Origin: an uncultured Gammaproteobacteria bacterium
GTDB taxonomy: Bacteria > Patescibacteriota > Microgenomatia > UBA10105 > UBA927
Reading direction: 5' to 3'
Assembly (NCBI GenBank): GCA_964629685.1
Contig: CAZVTT010000001.1
Coordinates: forward strand, 577,319-641,318
Length of the DNA stretch: 64,000 nt
Shown: piece by piece, positions 21,059-31,504 of the stretch
Layout of the letters: each line of letters opens with the position of its first letter
How positions within the stretch are numbered: position 1 is the first letter of the stretch
Made by a program: the position numbers and the translations under genes
The notes under the pieces: model-generated
Seen by the model: only the letters and a program-made list of their open reading frames with translations
Told to the model about the DNA's origin: nothing
The model's database searches: none

Positions 21059-22081
21059 ATGATTGAATCGTTCATTACTCTGCATAATTTACCCGGTTAT
21101 CGTTTGAAGCAGTTCAGACAAGCCTTCTATCGGGATTTCGTCACATCCTTTGAAGAATTGACGACCTGGCCAAAAGAATTGCGAAATCTTCTTAGTGAAG
21201 CCATTCCGTTTATATCCTTAACGCCGGAAATGTCTTTAACGTCTAAAAATGGTGATACCACGAAAGTAGTACTTAAACGGGCGGACGGACAACGGATAGA
21301 GACGGTGTTAATGCAGCACAAGGACGACAGGAATACCGTTTGTGTAAGCTGTATGGTCGGTTGTCCCGTAAACTGTAGTTTTTGTGCTACAGGGAAAATG
21401 GGATATCGGGGTAGTTTAACGGCCACGGAAATAGTAGATCAAGTGCTTTACTTTGCCAGGAAATTAGCACCGGTTGGAAAACACATTACCAATGTCGTTT
21501 TTATGGGAATGGGCGAACCGATGTTAAACGCTGCGGAAGTCCGGAAAGCTGTGGCAATCCTCACGGATCCGGAAATGATGGGGATGAGTCAACGGCGAAT
21601 AACGGTTTCTACTTCCGGATATATTCCGCAATTCAGAAAATTCGTGGCAGAAGGATTCCGGGGACGGGTGGCAATCAGTTTACATGCCCCGACACAGGAA
21701 CTGCGTGAAAAGTTGATGCCGGTGGCAAAATTATTCCCTCTGAATGATTTAATGGCTGTTCTGGATGACTATACAAAGTTAACGAATAAACGGATTTCGT
21801 ATGAATACATTATGATTAAACGAGTAAATGATACTCCCGATCATGCTGCAGAGTTGGGAGCATTGCTGAGAAACCGTTTGGCTCATGTAAATCTTATCCC
21901 TTACAATCCGATTCCAGGTGAAAACTTTGAACGGTCAACCCGTGATGGTATTCAGGAATTTACCGATACGCTGGCAAAATACGATGTGCCGTTTACGATA
22001 CGGGTAACAATGGGGGATGACATCGCTGCCGCATGTGGCCAATTAATAGATCAAACTTCTCCATCGGGTATTTCTACTTAA
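21059..22081 (+). CDS. rlmN: Radical SAM rRNA/tRNA m2A methyltransferase RlmN
   Basis: GCPVNCSFCATG, FMGMGEP, SLHAP, NLIPYN, AACGQL. Confidence 0.95.
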   Translation: MIESFITLHNLPGYRLKQFRQAFYRDFVTSFEELTTWPKELRNLLSEAIPFISLTPEMSLTSKNGDTTKVVLKRADGQRIETVLMQHKDDRNTVCVSCMVGCPVNCSFCATGKMGYRGSLTATEIVDQVLYFARKLAPVGKHITNVVFMGMGEPMLNAAEVRKAVAILTDPEMMGMSQRRITVSTSGYIPQFRKFVAEGFRGRVAISLHAPTQELREKLMPVAKLFPLNDLMAVLDDYTKLTNKRISYEYIMIKRVNDTPDHAAELGALLRNRLAHVNLIPYNPIPGENFERSTRDGIQEFTDTLAKYDVPFTIRVTMGDDIAAACGQLIDQTSPSGIST

Positions 22082-22134
22082 CACAGAGCCTGTAATAGCG
22101 CTTCTTCTGTTTCTTGCGTATAATGCCATTACCT

Positions 22135-23484
22135 ATGGAATTGAAAAATAATTCGTTACGGCAACATCGGGTATTACTCGTAAATCTTTATCCACCACCG
22201 GCTACTACAGAGGAAGTACAACAAGATGCAACTGAAATGTATAACCTGGTTACCTCTCTTGGTGATGCCGTAGTTATAGACATGCTGCATCAGCGTGGAT
22301 ATCCGGCAAAAGATGCGTATATTGGTACAGGAAAGGCAACCGAGGTGGCAGAACTTGTAAAAGAAATGAGTATAACTACCGTAATTTTAAACGGGATTGC
22401 AAAACCCCGACAGTTGTTCCACCTAACACAGCTTATAGAACCCATTGCTCCGAATATTATGGTCTGGGATCGGATTGATCTGATACTGAATATATTTGAA
22501 AAACATGCCAGAACAGCAGAAGCAAAATTGCAAATAGAAATTGCCAGAATGCGCCATATGGGACCAAGAATATATGGTATGGGTCACGTGCTTTCTCAGC
22601 AGGGTGGAGGAATAGGAACTCGCGGAATCGGAGAAACAAATGTAGAACTTATGAAACGACATTGGAAAGAAGCCATGAGGCATGCTCAGGATAAACTAAA
22701 GGCATTAACTGAGCAGCGGCAGCATCAGATAGACCAGCGTAAAGAGGCGGGATTTAAAACTATTTCCATTGTAGGGTATACGAATGCCGGAAAGACTACG
22801 TTATTTAACCGGTTAACTAAAAAAGGTAAGTATGCGGATAATTTGTTGTTTGCAACGCTGGAAAGTACCGTGGGAAAGGTGTACTTACGACAGCTGAAAC
22901 AGGAAATATTACTGAGCGATACTATTGGATTTATCCGGAATTTACCTCCTACGTTAATTGATGCTTTCAGATCAACGCTTATTGAATCCGTGAATGCTGA
23001 CGTTATTATTCACGTTGTAGACGGAAGTGATGCTACGGCGATTGAGCAATATCACGTAGTTGAATCCATACTTTCTGACATAGGAGTAGCCGATACTACC
23101 GAAATATTGGTATTTAACAAAACGGATAAAATTTCAGAAAGTGCCAGAGCCAGCTTAGAAGAGCGATTTAGTTTAGCACAACCTCTTTATATTTCTGCAG
23201 CCGACGGTACAGGATTAGATCAACTAATCAGCAGTATGAGTGACTGTCTTATTCACCCGAATGACCAGGAGAGAAAGAAAAGTATACCCCCACATATACC
23301 AACACGTCCTGAGCTTCACGTCGGGCAGTCTGTCGTAATAGTTGAGAAGGAAAATCAACCATCAGGTATTGAAACTACAGGTGAAATCGGTTTCATACTT
23401 TCCCATGGTTTTTCCCATCCTTACGGCATTAAAGTTGAACTAAAAACAGGAGCTGTGGGAAGAGTTAAACGGATACTGAAGTAA
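22135..23484 (+). CDS. hflX: GTPase HflX with C-terminal YwbE/DUF2196-like domain (start approximate)
   Basis: IFEKHA, GYTNAGKTT, LFATLE, DTIGF, NKTD; tail VEKENQPSG...HPYGIKVELKTGAVGRV. Confidence 0.93.
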   Translation: MELKNNSLRQHRVLLVNLYPPPATTEEVQQDATEMYNLVTSLGDAVVIDMLHQRGYPAKDAYIGTGKATEVAELVKEMSITTVILNGIAKPRQLFHLTQLIEPIAPNIMVWDRIDLILNIFEKHARTAEAKLQIEIARMRHMGPRIYGMGHVLSQQGGGIGTRGIGETNVELMKRHWKEAMRHAQDKLKALTEQRQHQIDQRKEAGFKTISIVGYTNAGKTTLFNRLTKKGKYADNLLFATLESTVGKVYLRQLKQEILLSDTIGFIRNLPPTLIDAFRSTLIESVNADVIIHVVDGSDATAIEQYHVVESILSDIGVADTTEILVFNKTDKISESARASLEERFSLAQPLYISAADGTGLDQLISSMSDCLIHPNDQERKKSIPPHIPTRPELHVGQSVVIVEKENQPSGIETTGEIGFILSHGFSHPYGIKVELKTGAVGRVKRILK

Positions 23485-23493
23485 AAGAGATAT

Positions 23494-23521
23494 TTGACTT
23501 CAACATTAAGCGCGATATAAT
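23494..23521 (+). promoter_or_regulatory. Sigma70-type promoter of the T-box/aspS leader
   Basis: TTGACT-16 bp-TATAAT. Confidence 0.7.
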
Positions 23522-23527
23522 AACACC

Positions 23528-23698
23528 AATTGCATTGATGCTGTTGACGCAGCGGAGCTTGGAAAAGAACATCGCAAGATCAGTAGACTTCCACGGGTAA
23601 GCCCGTTATAGCAGGAATAAGTCAAAAGTAAGGTGGTACCGCGATTAGAGTCGCCCTTACAGACTATCAGTAAAGATAGTTCTGGAGGGCCTTTTTTG
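23528..23698 (+). ncRNA. T-box riboswitch (transcriptional) upstream of aspS
   Basis: T-box AAGGTGGTACCGCG at 23630-23643, antiterminator partner CGCCCTT, AGTA and GCCCGTTA stem II/IIA-B motifs, terminator GCCCTT...GAGGGC-CTTTTTT. Confidence 0.9.
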
Positions 23699-23726
23699 TA
23701 TCTGCAGAAATGCAGAAGGAGGATAT

Positions 23727-25061
23727 ATGGAAAGAATATTAGTATTGGACACAATGAATCAAGTAGGTCAGAAAGTCCGGCTCAAGGGTTGGGTTAGAAC
23801 AAAACGGGATCACGGGAAAATTACGTTCGTTGACTTGCGCGACCGTACCGGAATTGTGCAACTGGTTGGGTATAAGAAAATGACCGAACTTGGTCATGAA
23901 GACGTGATTGAAGTTATCGGTTCGGTAAAACAGCGTGCAGAGAAAACAATAAATCCCAATATGCCTACAGGAACTGTTGAAGTTGATGTGGAAGAATATT
24001 CGGTACTGGCAAAGGCGCGAGATTTGCCGTTTGATATCAGTAAGGATAGTTTGGATCTGGAACTTCCGACATTGCTGGATCATCGGGCATTAACGTTAAG
24101 ACATCCCCGAGTTCAGGCAATATTTAAGGTTCAGGCTGCGATAATTTCCGGCTTCCGGGATTATTTGTCAAAACAGGGATTTATGGAATTTCAGGCACCA
24201 AGTATTACTCCCGAAGTAGCAGAGGGCGGTGCGGATGTTTTTAAAGTATCGTATTTTGACCATAAAGCATATCTAACTCAAAGTCCTCAGTTATATAAAC
24301 AAATTGCCATGAGTGCTTTCGAACGGGTATTTAGCGTAAACAAAGTGTTTCGGGCGGAACCAAGTGTTACTACCCGGCATTTAACTGAAATAGTATCGCT
24401 GGATGCGGAAATGGCCTTTATAGATGATTGGAAAGAAGTACGGGATGTTGCCGATAATGTAATTAAATATATATTCCAAGTACTTAAAAAGGAGTGCAGT
24501 GCAGAATTGGCTCTTTTTGGTGCTACCATCCCCGCAACTATACCGGAAACGCCGACAGTAAGCCTTCGGGAAGGACAACAGCTCATATTTGATCACAGTG
24601 GGCGGGATGTTCGCGGTGAAAAAGATTTGAATCCGGAAGACGAACGGGAAATATGTGCAATTCTTAAAGAAAAAACCGGTTCGGATTTGGTATATGTGTA
24701 TGGTTTTCCGACCAGAAAGAAACCGTTTTATGTATACCCTGATCCTGCGGATCCGGAGTATAACCAAGGAGTAGATCTCTTGTGCCGCGGAGTGGAATTG
24801 TTATCAGGTGGCCGGAGGATTAATGATTATGATCAACTGATGAAGCATGTGGAAGAATGGAAACTGGATCCCAAAAAAGTACAAATGTTTTTGGATGCCT
24901 TCCGATATGGAGTACCTCCTGAAGGCGGATTTGCTTTCGGTGCGGAACGAATCACAATGCAAATTCTGGGTTTGGCAAATGTACGCGAAGCCTGTATGTT
25001 CCCCAGGGATATGGAACGGATAGATTTTCGGTTGTCTACAATGCAGTCTGAAGATAAGTAG
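23727..25061 (+). CDS. aspS: Archaeal-type (short, no GAD domain) aspartyl-tRNA synthetase, probably non-discriminating Asp/Asn
   Basis: OB fold FVDLRD, QSPQLYKQ, FRAEPS...RH, YGVPPEGG, FPRD; 444 aa; SD AGGAGG. Confidence 0.93.
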   Translation: MERILVLDTMNQVGQKVRLKGWVRTKRDHGKITFVDLRDRTGIVQLVGYKKMTELGHEDVIEVIGSVKQRAEKTINPNMPTGTVEVDVEEYSVLAKARDLPFDISKDSLDLELPTLLDHRALTLRHPRVQAIFKVQAAIISGFRDYLSKQGFMEFQAPSITPEVAEGGADVFKVSYFDHKAYLTQSPQLYKQIAMSAFERVFSVNKVFRAEPSVTTRHLTEIVSLDAEMAFIDDWKEVRDVADNVIKYIFQVLKKECSAELALFGATIPATIPETPTVSLREGQQLIFDHSGRDVRGEKDLNPEDEREICAILKEKTGSDLVYVYGFPTRKKPFYVYPDPADPEYNQGVDLLCRGVELLSGGRRINDYDQLMKHVEEWKLDPKKVQMFLDAFRYGVPPEGGFAFGAERITMQILGLANVREACMFPRDMERIDFRLSTMQSEDK

Positions 25062-25070
25062 AAAAAATGA

Positions 25071-26654
25071 CTAGAACTGAGGTTCAAACAACCAGTCTTT
25101 GGCTTTTTGCCACTGTGCAGTGGTAATAGTTGAAATTTTTGAGTTATGAACATAGATACACGATGGTTTTCCAGCCTCGTTTAGTCTTGTATATTTATTG
25201 ATACTTTCAGGAGGAAGTTTATAAAAAGGAGCATAATCGGTATCGCATGTTCCTATATAAAATTCCGGTGGATTCTCCTGCAGCATTTTTATTCTCGCTC
25301 CTGAATATTTTTCGTATTTAGGCATTGATGAGATATACCAGGTATACGGATACTTGTTTAACAGACCTGCCTGCCAATATACCAATTCTTCCCACCCGTC
25401 TACAAATAACGAATCTCCGTTGTTTGAAAGGGCTTTAACTACTTCTCCCCACTGTAAATAATGCCCCAGATTAATCATAAAGTCCGTATGCGGGTCATTC
25501 TTATCCCGCAGATATGATTGGGAAGAGTAAAGTGTAAGAAAAAAAGAGAGGAGTAGTATCCCGGCTAGGATAATTGTTGATTTGCGGTATATTCGCCAAA
25601 GTGATTTCAACATTACGACAGTAATAAAAATTAATACACCAAAGTAGTTAAGACTATGAAACATAACATAGAATAGATTCCCCGGAAGTTCAGGACGTGG
25701 GTTTGATAATCCCAATAATATAAAACCAATGAATGCACAGGTCCATCGTTGAGTTTTTTTGAGGAGTAGGATGGCACTAATTAAAAAAACGGTACTTAGT
25801 CCCATCAGAAATATTCGCATGAGAGACATCGGACCTGTGAAAAACGGGAGAAAGGGATAGAAAAATGCTTTGATATACAGCATGAGTCCCCCCTTAGTTA
25901 ACTCGGAACCCAGTGCATTATCCCTGTTTACGGTTACTATATTAAAGACGTATTCAGGCAGAGGAAGAAGTGAAAGTGTGCCGATAGTTAGTGTTATGAA
26001 TACCGCCATCAGGCGATAACTCCACTTTCTTTCATTTGTAAAAAATAGCACAATACCGTAAGCAAACAGCGCCGCAAGCAGCATAGGTTCACGGGTAAAA
26101 ATAATAAACCAGGTGAACAACGTGGCCGTCAGTAAATCGGATAAATGCAAAGGGATTCTTTTAAATCGAAACCATACCAAGCCGGTTAAATATACTAAAG
26201 GATACACGGTAAGCGCTTCACCGTAAAATTTATCTCCGAAAAAGTACGGCTTTAGTAATTCGAAAATGAAAATAAACCCAAGCGATATAAATCCGAAACG
26301 AAGTACTAAGAGTACTGAAAAAAAGAAACCGAACAGTACCACAAACTGATGATGTTTAAGAAAAAGATCAGTAATGTTTACCGGATCGGTTACAAGCTGA
26401 ATTCCGGCACTTATATAGGCTGGCAACGGTTGGTGATTAAAGAAAAAATCCTGATATAGGATTTTACCGTTGGTAATAAAATATCCTGCAACAAGGTTAA
26501 AGCATTCATCAGTACAACCGAAAGCATTTATTCGTCTGGCGAATAACTTTGCCAATACAATATAGAACGGTATGAGTACGAAAAAAATGCAGGCTATAGT
26601 ACTAGCGAGTCTGCGGTGTGAGTTTAGAAAGATTCCATTAGATATTTTTTTCAT
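25071..26654 (-). CDS. Polytopic membrane protein, GT-C/ArnT-like glycosyltransferase
   Basis: DE after TM1, LYQDFFFNHQP, many TM helices; start approximate. Confidence 0.75.
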   Translation of the reverse strand: MKKISNGIFLNSHRRLASTIACIFFVLIPFYIVLAKLFARRINAFGCTDECFNLVAGYFITNGKILYQDFFFNHQPLPAYISAGIQLVTDPVNITDLFLKHHQFVVLFGFFFSVLLVLRFGFISLGFIFIFELLKPYFFGDKFYGEALTVYPLVYLTGLVWFRFKRIPLHLSDLLTATLFTWFIIFTREPMLLAALFAYGIVLFFTNERKWSYRLMAVFITLTIGTLSLLPLPEYVFNIVTVNRDNALGSELTKGGLMLYIKAFFYPFLPFFTGPMSLMRIFLMGLSTVFLISAILLLKKTQRWTCAFIGFILLGLSNPRPELPGNLFYVMFHSLNYFGVLIFITVVMLKSLWRIYRKSTIILAGILLLSFFLTLYSSQSYLRDKNDPHTDFMINLGHYLQWGEVVKALSNNGDSLFVDGWEELVYWQAGLLNKYPYTWYISSMPKYEKYSGARIKMLQENPPEFYIGTCDTDYAPFYKLPPESINKYTRLNEAGKPSCIYVHNSKISTITTAQWQKAKDWLFEPQF

Positions 26655-26818
26655 TTTGCGCGGCAATTACGTTATAACCATACCGTTCAGTCATAATCCC
26701 GTCAATGTGATCAATATGTTTTACTAATCGTTTTTTTCTATATTGATTATATTTGTATCACTTGAGAAGTATTGTATTAAATCTAGAGATGATTATAGTG
26801 AGTTTTATGGAGGCAGAC

Positions 26819-27742
26819 ATGAAACATTATTCAATTGGTGTCGCACTTGCCGTTGCGGCGTTTGTGTTATTTTCGGCAGGGAATCCGGTTTTCGCTCAAG
26901 AGGGCCCGACGGGAGCGACCGGAGCTACCGGAATTGCCGGTCCCACAGGAGCGACGGGTGAAACCGGAGCAACCGGCGAAATTGGTTCAACCGGTCCGAC
27001 AGGTATGAATGGTCCTACCGGTGCAACCGGAATGATAGGGAGCACTGGTCCCACAGGGACTAATGGACCGACGGGATCAACAGGTTCCCAGGGTATAACC
27101 GGCCCAACCGGAAAAACCGGAGCGACTGGTATTGCCGGTCCTTCCGGTGCTACCGGCGCGACTGGTGGAGTCGGACCAACGGGAAAAACCGGAGCTACCG
27201 GTACTGCAGGTCCGTCCGGAGCGACCGGTGCGACCGGAAATTTAGGTACAGCGGGACCAACCGGACCGACCGGCACTATGGGTATGGCCGGACCAACCGG
27301 TCCTACTGGTACTATCGGCGCCGGTGGTGCTGTTGGACCAAGCGGATTGCCGCTTGTACTAGATGGAGGAAATTATTTGTATCCGAACGCAACATACGCT
27401 GCAGATTTACGGGCAGATTCATTGTATGCGGGGTATGGCGGAACAGCCGCTACCATTTCTACGAACGATACGAATGAAAATTTAACGGTTGATCCAAATG
27501 GTACCGGTAATATTTTCTTATTGGGTAACGTCGGAGTAGGGGCGAGTAGTGCGGATTCTCTGTTTACCGTAGATTCCAGCGGATATTTACAATTTAAGAG
27601 AACGTCTGCCGGCGCACCTCCAGCAGCAGACTGTGACTCGGATAGTGAACGCGGAAGAGTAGTGATAAATACTACTCAGAACAGATTACATATCTGTAAT
27701 GGGGCAACCCGCGGTTGGGATTACGTGGGACTTAACAACTAA
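26819..27742 (+). CDS. Secreted collagen-like (G-X-T repeat) protein
   Basis: SD GGAGG, signal peptide ending VFA, about 49 GXY triplets (GPTGATG), globular C-terminus. Confidence 0.9.
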   Translation: MKHYSIGVALAVAAFVLFSAGNPVFAQEGPTGATGATGIAGPTGATGETGATGEIGSTGPTGMNGPTGATGMIGSTGPTGTNGPTGSTGSQGITGPTGKTGATGIAGPSGATGATGGVGPTGKTGATGTAGPSGATGATGNLGTAGPTGPTGTMGMAGPTGPTGTIGAGGAVGPSGLPLVLDGGNYLYPNATYAADLRADSLYAGYGGTAATISTNDTNENLTVDPNGTGNIFLLGNVGVGASSADSLFTVDSSGYLQFKRTSAGAPPAADCDSDSERGRVVINTTQNRLHICNGATRGWDYVGLNN

Positions 27743-27756
27743 TACATATTAGTTTT

Positions 27757-27797
27757 TGCAATAAAAAATCCGGTTTAACAGCCGGATTTTTTATTGC
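27757..27797. terminator. Bidirectional intrinsic terminator
   Basis: GCAATAAAAAATCCGG-TTTAACAG-CCGGATTTTTTATTGC. Confidence 0.85.
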
Positions 27798-27825
27798 TGC
27801 AGTACATACGCTATACTGACTGGGT

Positions 27826-28539
27826 ATGAACACATTTGCACGTACGGTTGCGGAGTTGTTTCAGATTCATTTAACCCCGGTACAATTAACCCAATTTAGT
27901 CGCTATGAAGCGGAGTTGTTGGATTGGAATACACGGATGAATTTGACAGCAGTACGCACTGGCGAGGAAATTCAACGAAAACATTTTTTAGACTCACTAT
28001 CTTGTGTTATGGCTTGGCGTAATAGTGTTACCCCGGGAAATCTTATTGATGTTGGAACGGGTGCCGGATTTCCCGGATTGGTATTAAAAATAGCCATACC
28101 GGAGTTACAGCTTACATTGGTTGAATCCATAGGGAAAAAGGTAAATTTTTGCGCACATATTATTACCGTGTTAGGTTTAACACAGATAAAATTGATTCAG
28201 GAAAGGGCAGAAATTCTTGGACATAATACAGAATATAGAGAAAAATATGATTGTGCTGTTGCACGTGCCGTAGCAGGACTTTCTACCTTAACAGAATATC
28301 TTCTGCCCTTTGTTAAAACGGGTGGAATTATGATTGCACAAAAGGGTGCAAATGCAGATAAGGAAGTTACGGAAGCTAGGAAAGCTATACAGGTATTAGG
28401 GGGCGGTAATATCCGCTGTCAGTCAGTACTGCTCCCCGGTGATAGTTATTCCAGGCAATTAGTAGTAGTAGATAAAATGCAGCATACTCCTCCAGAGTAT
28501 CCCAGAGAGCCAAGAGTACTCTTAGCGCAGCCGATTTGA
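27826..28539 (+). CDS. rsmG: 16S rRNA m7G527 methyltransferase
   Basis: WNTRMNLTA, HFLDS, DVGTGAGFPG, RAE, ARAVA. Confidence 0.95.
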   Translation: MNTFARTVAELFQIHLTPVQLTQFSRYEAELLDWNTRMNLTAVRTGEEIQRKHFLDSLSCVMAWRNSVTPGNLIDVGTGAGFPGLVLKIAIPELQLTLVESIGKKVNFCAHIITVLGLTQIKLIQERAEILGHNTEYREKYDCAVARAVAGLSTLTEYLLPFVKTGGIMIAQKGANADKEVTEARKAIQVLGGGNIRCQSVLLPGDSYSRQLVVVDKMQHTPPEYPREPRVLLAQPI

Positions 28540-29790
28540 TTTTTCCGATAATTTCTTTTTTGCTTTAGGGTATGCTCCGAAATCGGAAAGCGTGAACGCT
28601 AGAATAAGCCAGAAAATAAATTCTTCAGCGATCCCTATAACATTTGTTTGACTATGAATAACAAAAACGAAAAGACAAAATCCCAGTGTTGTCCACCAGT
28701 CTATATCCGGATTTTTTAAATGGCTGTTGACGTACAACAATCGGAAACTATTGACCAGAATACTTACGTAGAAGAGTAACCCGATAACACCGGTGGTAAC
28801 CAGTACTTCCAATATGGTGTTGTGAGCTTTATCTACATATACGTCCTGCGAAAATTTGTATGGCCAATCTACTGATTGGAATGCGTGGTCTACGTTTGCC
28901 CAACCCCAGCCAAATATTGGTTTTTGTACCGCGGCGAGTGTTAGTTTGGCAAAAATTCTTTGTCTGCTTTCAGCATTAACTGATACCGGAAGTTTGTTTT
29001 TGTCCCACCAGAATAGCGCACCAATACAGATAGTTACCATTGTGATTCCCAGTAATATGGGTTTGAAATACGTTGATAGCCGCTTATTATGAACTAACAG
29101 AAGGATTCCCATTCCTAATGTACAAGCGACAATTGCACCCCAGGATCTTGTAGATAAGAGAGCCGTACTCTGCATGACTGTGGCTAAGATGATAAATGGT
29201 TTAAGCCCTTTGTGTGAAATTCGGTAAAGATACCATAAAAATGGAAACGTAAGAGCCAGGTAGCCTGCCAGAAAATGCGGTTGTCCGAATGTGGCGCCAA
29301 ATTTTCCATACCAGGGGGGTAAAAACGGTATAGACATAAAGTAGAGCCAGATGGATATGATGGTAAGCGTGCTTACGCCTATTGATCCCAGGAGGATCGC
29401 TTGCACTAATCCTTTATGCCATTGAGTTTGAAAAAGAGTTGCAATAACAATAATTAACCCGCCGAATCGCCACAGTGTGATTAAGCCATCGCCTCTATAG
29501 GTATTTCCCAGTAAGCTTTTAGGCAGATCGCTGCCAAAACAGGAAATAATGGAAGCATAAAAAATGTAACCTATAATAAGAGCGGCCTGAAATCGGTTTA
29601 CTGTAATTTTTTGTTTGGAAATAATGGTGATTAGTCCCACAAAAGATAATATTTCAATAAGTCGATGTATGAAGAAAACTCTGGGTATTTCAAATGAAAT
29701 CTGAGCTGAAGGCCAATAGATAAAGGGTAATAGTACCAAACCGACCAGTAAAATGAGGCGAAATAGCTGTATGGGCTTGACAAAATGCAT
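28522..29790 (-). CDS. O-antigen ligase (Wzy_C) family membrane protein
   Basis: ATFGQPHFLAG, TRSWGA, PIFGWG, KAHNTILE. Confidence 0.88.
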   Translation of the reverse strand: MHFVKPIQLFRLILLVGLVLLPFIYWPSAQISFEIPRVFFIHRLIEILSFVGLITIISKQKITVNRFQAALIIGYIFYASIISCFGSDLPKSLLGNTYRGDGLITLWRFGGLIIVIATLFQTQWHKGLVQAILLGSIGVSTLTIISIWLYFMSIPFLPPWYGKFGATFGQPHFLAGYLALTFPFLWYLYRISHKGLKPFIILATVMQSTALLSTRSWGAIVACTLGMGILLLVHNKRLSTYFKPILLGITMVTICIGALFWWDKNKLPVSVNAESRQRIFAKLTLAAVQKPIFGWGWANVDHAFQSVDWPYKFSQDVYVDKAHNTILEVLVTTGVIGLLFYVSILVNSFRLLYVNSHLKNPDIDWWTTLGFCLFVFVIHSQTNVIGIAEEFIFWLILAFTLSDFGAYPKAKKKLSEKSNRLR

Positions 29791-29837
29791 ATTATGGCCT
29801 ATAATATATTTATGTTCGGTTTACCCGAACTTATTTT

Positions 29838-30497
29838 ATGGTAACAAAAACCTATTCGCTCAAACAAACGTCGTTTCGTAATCCTTTACTTTCATTACTT
29901 ATTTTAGCTGTTTTTGTACTTCCTTTATCCGTGCAGTTTATAACCAGGGTTAGTGCTCAAACAGGACAATTCCCGGTAACCGCGCCCGTTACGCCTCCTG
30001 TTACTCCACCAAATCCTAGCGCAACTATTACACCGACGCCTACATCAACGCCGAAGCCAACGGTTACACCGACGCCTACATCAACGCCGAAGCCAACGGT
30101 AACGCCAACACCAACAAATAGGCCCACCGGTACACCTAAGCCTACATATACGCCAACACCGACACCAAAAGTTACGCCTACACCAACGCCGAAGCCAAAT
30201 CAGACCCCGGAAATTAAGACGGAAAAGCTACCCAACGGTAGGTCACGGTCATTGTATATTACTCAGGTAATGGTATATGACGCCGACCCAAAGGATAGTC
30301 TGTCAATTTCTGTAAAAAATTTGCCGAGAGGGTTATCCGCGAATTTTTGTTCGCAATTTAACGGTAGAAATTCAACAACAGCATACTGTTACCTAGTGGG
30401 AATACCGGTAGTTCGCGGTACATATCAGGTAACCATAACTGCGACGGATAAGGCAAAGTCGTCTTCAACAAAGACTCTGCCGCTGATAATTAAATAA
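29838..30497 (+). CDS. Exported PT-repeat protein with putative Ig (He_PIG-like) domain
   Basis: Signal/TM, PT stalk, LPRGLS...[17 protein letters not shown]. Confidence 0.8.
   Translation: MVTKTYSLKQTSFRNPLLSLLILAVFVLPLSVQFITRVSAQTGQFPVTAPVTPPVTPPNPSATITPTPTSTPKPTVTPTPTSTPKPTVTPTPTNRPTGTPKPTYTPTPTPKVTPTPTPKPNQTPEIKTEKLPNGRSRSLYITQVMVYDADPKDSLSISVKNLPRGLSANFCSQFNGRNSTTAYCYLVGIPVVRGTYQVTITATDKAKSSSTKTLPLIIK
30030..30103 (+). repeat. Near-perfect 36-bp tandem duplication within the PT stalk
   Basis: ACACCGACGCCTACATCAACGCCGAAGCCAACGGT(T/A) twice. Confidence 0.85.
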
Positions 30498-30521
30498 TTA
30501 TTCGCCTCCGCTCGTATTTAC

Positions 30522-30953
30522 TTAGGGCATTTGTTGCTGCTCCAGTTTGTCCTTGATCGAGTGGTATAGTGAGGCTTCTTCCTCGGTTCCGATAAAACCA
30601 ACCAGTCTGTCGTTATAATCGATGATAGGTGAAATGGCGATTATGGCCCAGTATTCGTCTTTATTTTTTTTCTGATTTCTGATTTCACCGTAAAATGGTT
30701 TTTTTTCATCGTGAATACGTTTCCATAGTAGTTCATAGTATGCATTCGGCATCAACCCGCCCCATACTTTGGGAGTTTTACCGATAACTTCTTCCGGAGT
30801 ATATCCCGTAATACGTTCCAATCCCTTATTTGCATAGAGTATGACGCCATGGATATCTGTAATAATAATTTGGTTATAGGCTTTTTCTACCGACAATTTG
30901 AATATCTCTGGGGGGATCGGTTCACCAAGTTTAAGAAAATCACGTACGTCCAT
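30522..30953 (-). CDS. Stand-alone PAS domain protein
   Basis: IIITDIHGVILYAN...ITGYTPEEVIG...GEIRNQKK. Confidence 0.9.
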   Translation of the reverse strand: MDVRDFLKLGEPIPPEIFKLSVEKAYNQIIITDIHGVILYANKGLERITGYTPEEVIGKTPKVWGGLMPNAYYELLWKRIHDEKKPFYGEIRNQKKNKDEYWAIIAISPIIDYNDRLVGFIGTEEEASLYHSIKDKLEQQQMP

Positions 30954-31065
30954 AGTAGGTGTATTCAGTGTAATACATTAATCATTTAAATGGTTATATG
31001 GGTTACAGTCTGTACGATTTTTACCATTATTCACAATTGTTAATACTCTTGGTACACTGAGCCAT

Positions 31066-31500
31066 ATGAAGCCTGGTGTAGATTATATCGGCGTGGGTGT
31101 AGGGGCAGCAATTTTTAATGCCGAAGGAAAATTATTTCTAACACAACGCGGAAGGGAAGCCAAAAATGAAGTTGGGAAATGGGAAATTCCCGGCGGGAGT
31201 GTGGAGTTTGGGGAAACCCTGGTCGCAGCAATCATGCGGGAAATGCGGGAAGAACATGGTGTGGAAATAGTCGTAGGAGAGTTACTGGATATTTGCGATC
31301 ATATTATTCCTGATGAGAAACAGCATTGGGTTTCACCGACATATATTTGTTGTATAGTTCGGGGTACACCTCAAATTTTGGAACCGCACAAGTGTGCGCA
31401 AATAGGATGGTTTACGATTAATGAGGCAGCGTCTTTGCCGCTCTCCATTGTAACAAAGCATGACATTGAAGTGTTAAAGTCACGCCGTCGGTCTGCATAA
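31066..31500 (+). CDS. NUDIX hydrolase
   Basis: Nudix box PGGSVEFGETLVAAIMREMREEHG. Confidence 0.93.
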   Translation: MKPGVDYIGVGVGAAIFNAEGKLFLTQRGREAKNEVGKWEIPGGSVEFGETLVAAIMREMREEHGVEIVVGELLDICDHIIPDEKQHWVSPTYICCIVRGTPQILEPHKCAQIGWFTINEAASLPLSIVTKHDIEVLKSRRRSA

Positions 31501-31504
31501 TGGT

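Noticed and set aside
26896-27276. Antisense PVAPVG-repeat ORF and other shadow ORFs (e.g. 13843-14184, 35694-36119, 16640-16957)
   Set aside because: They are reverse-frame shadows of repetitive or well-supported genes.
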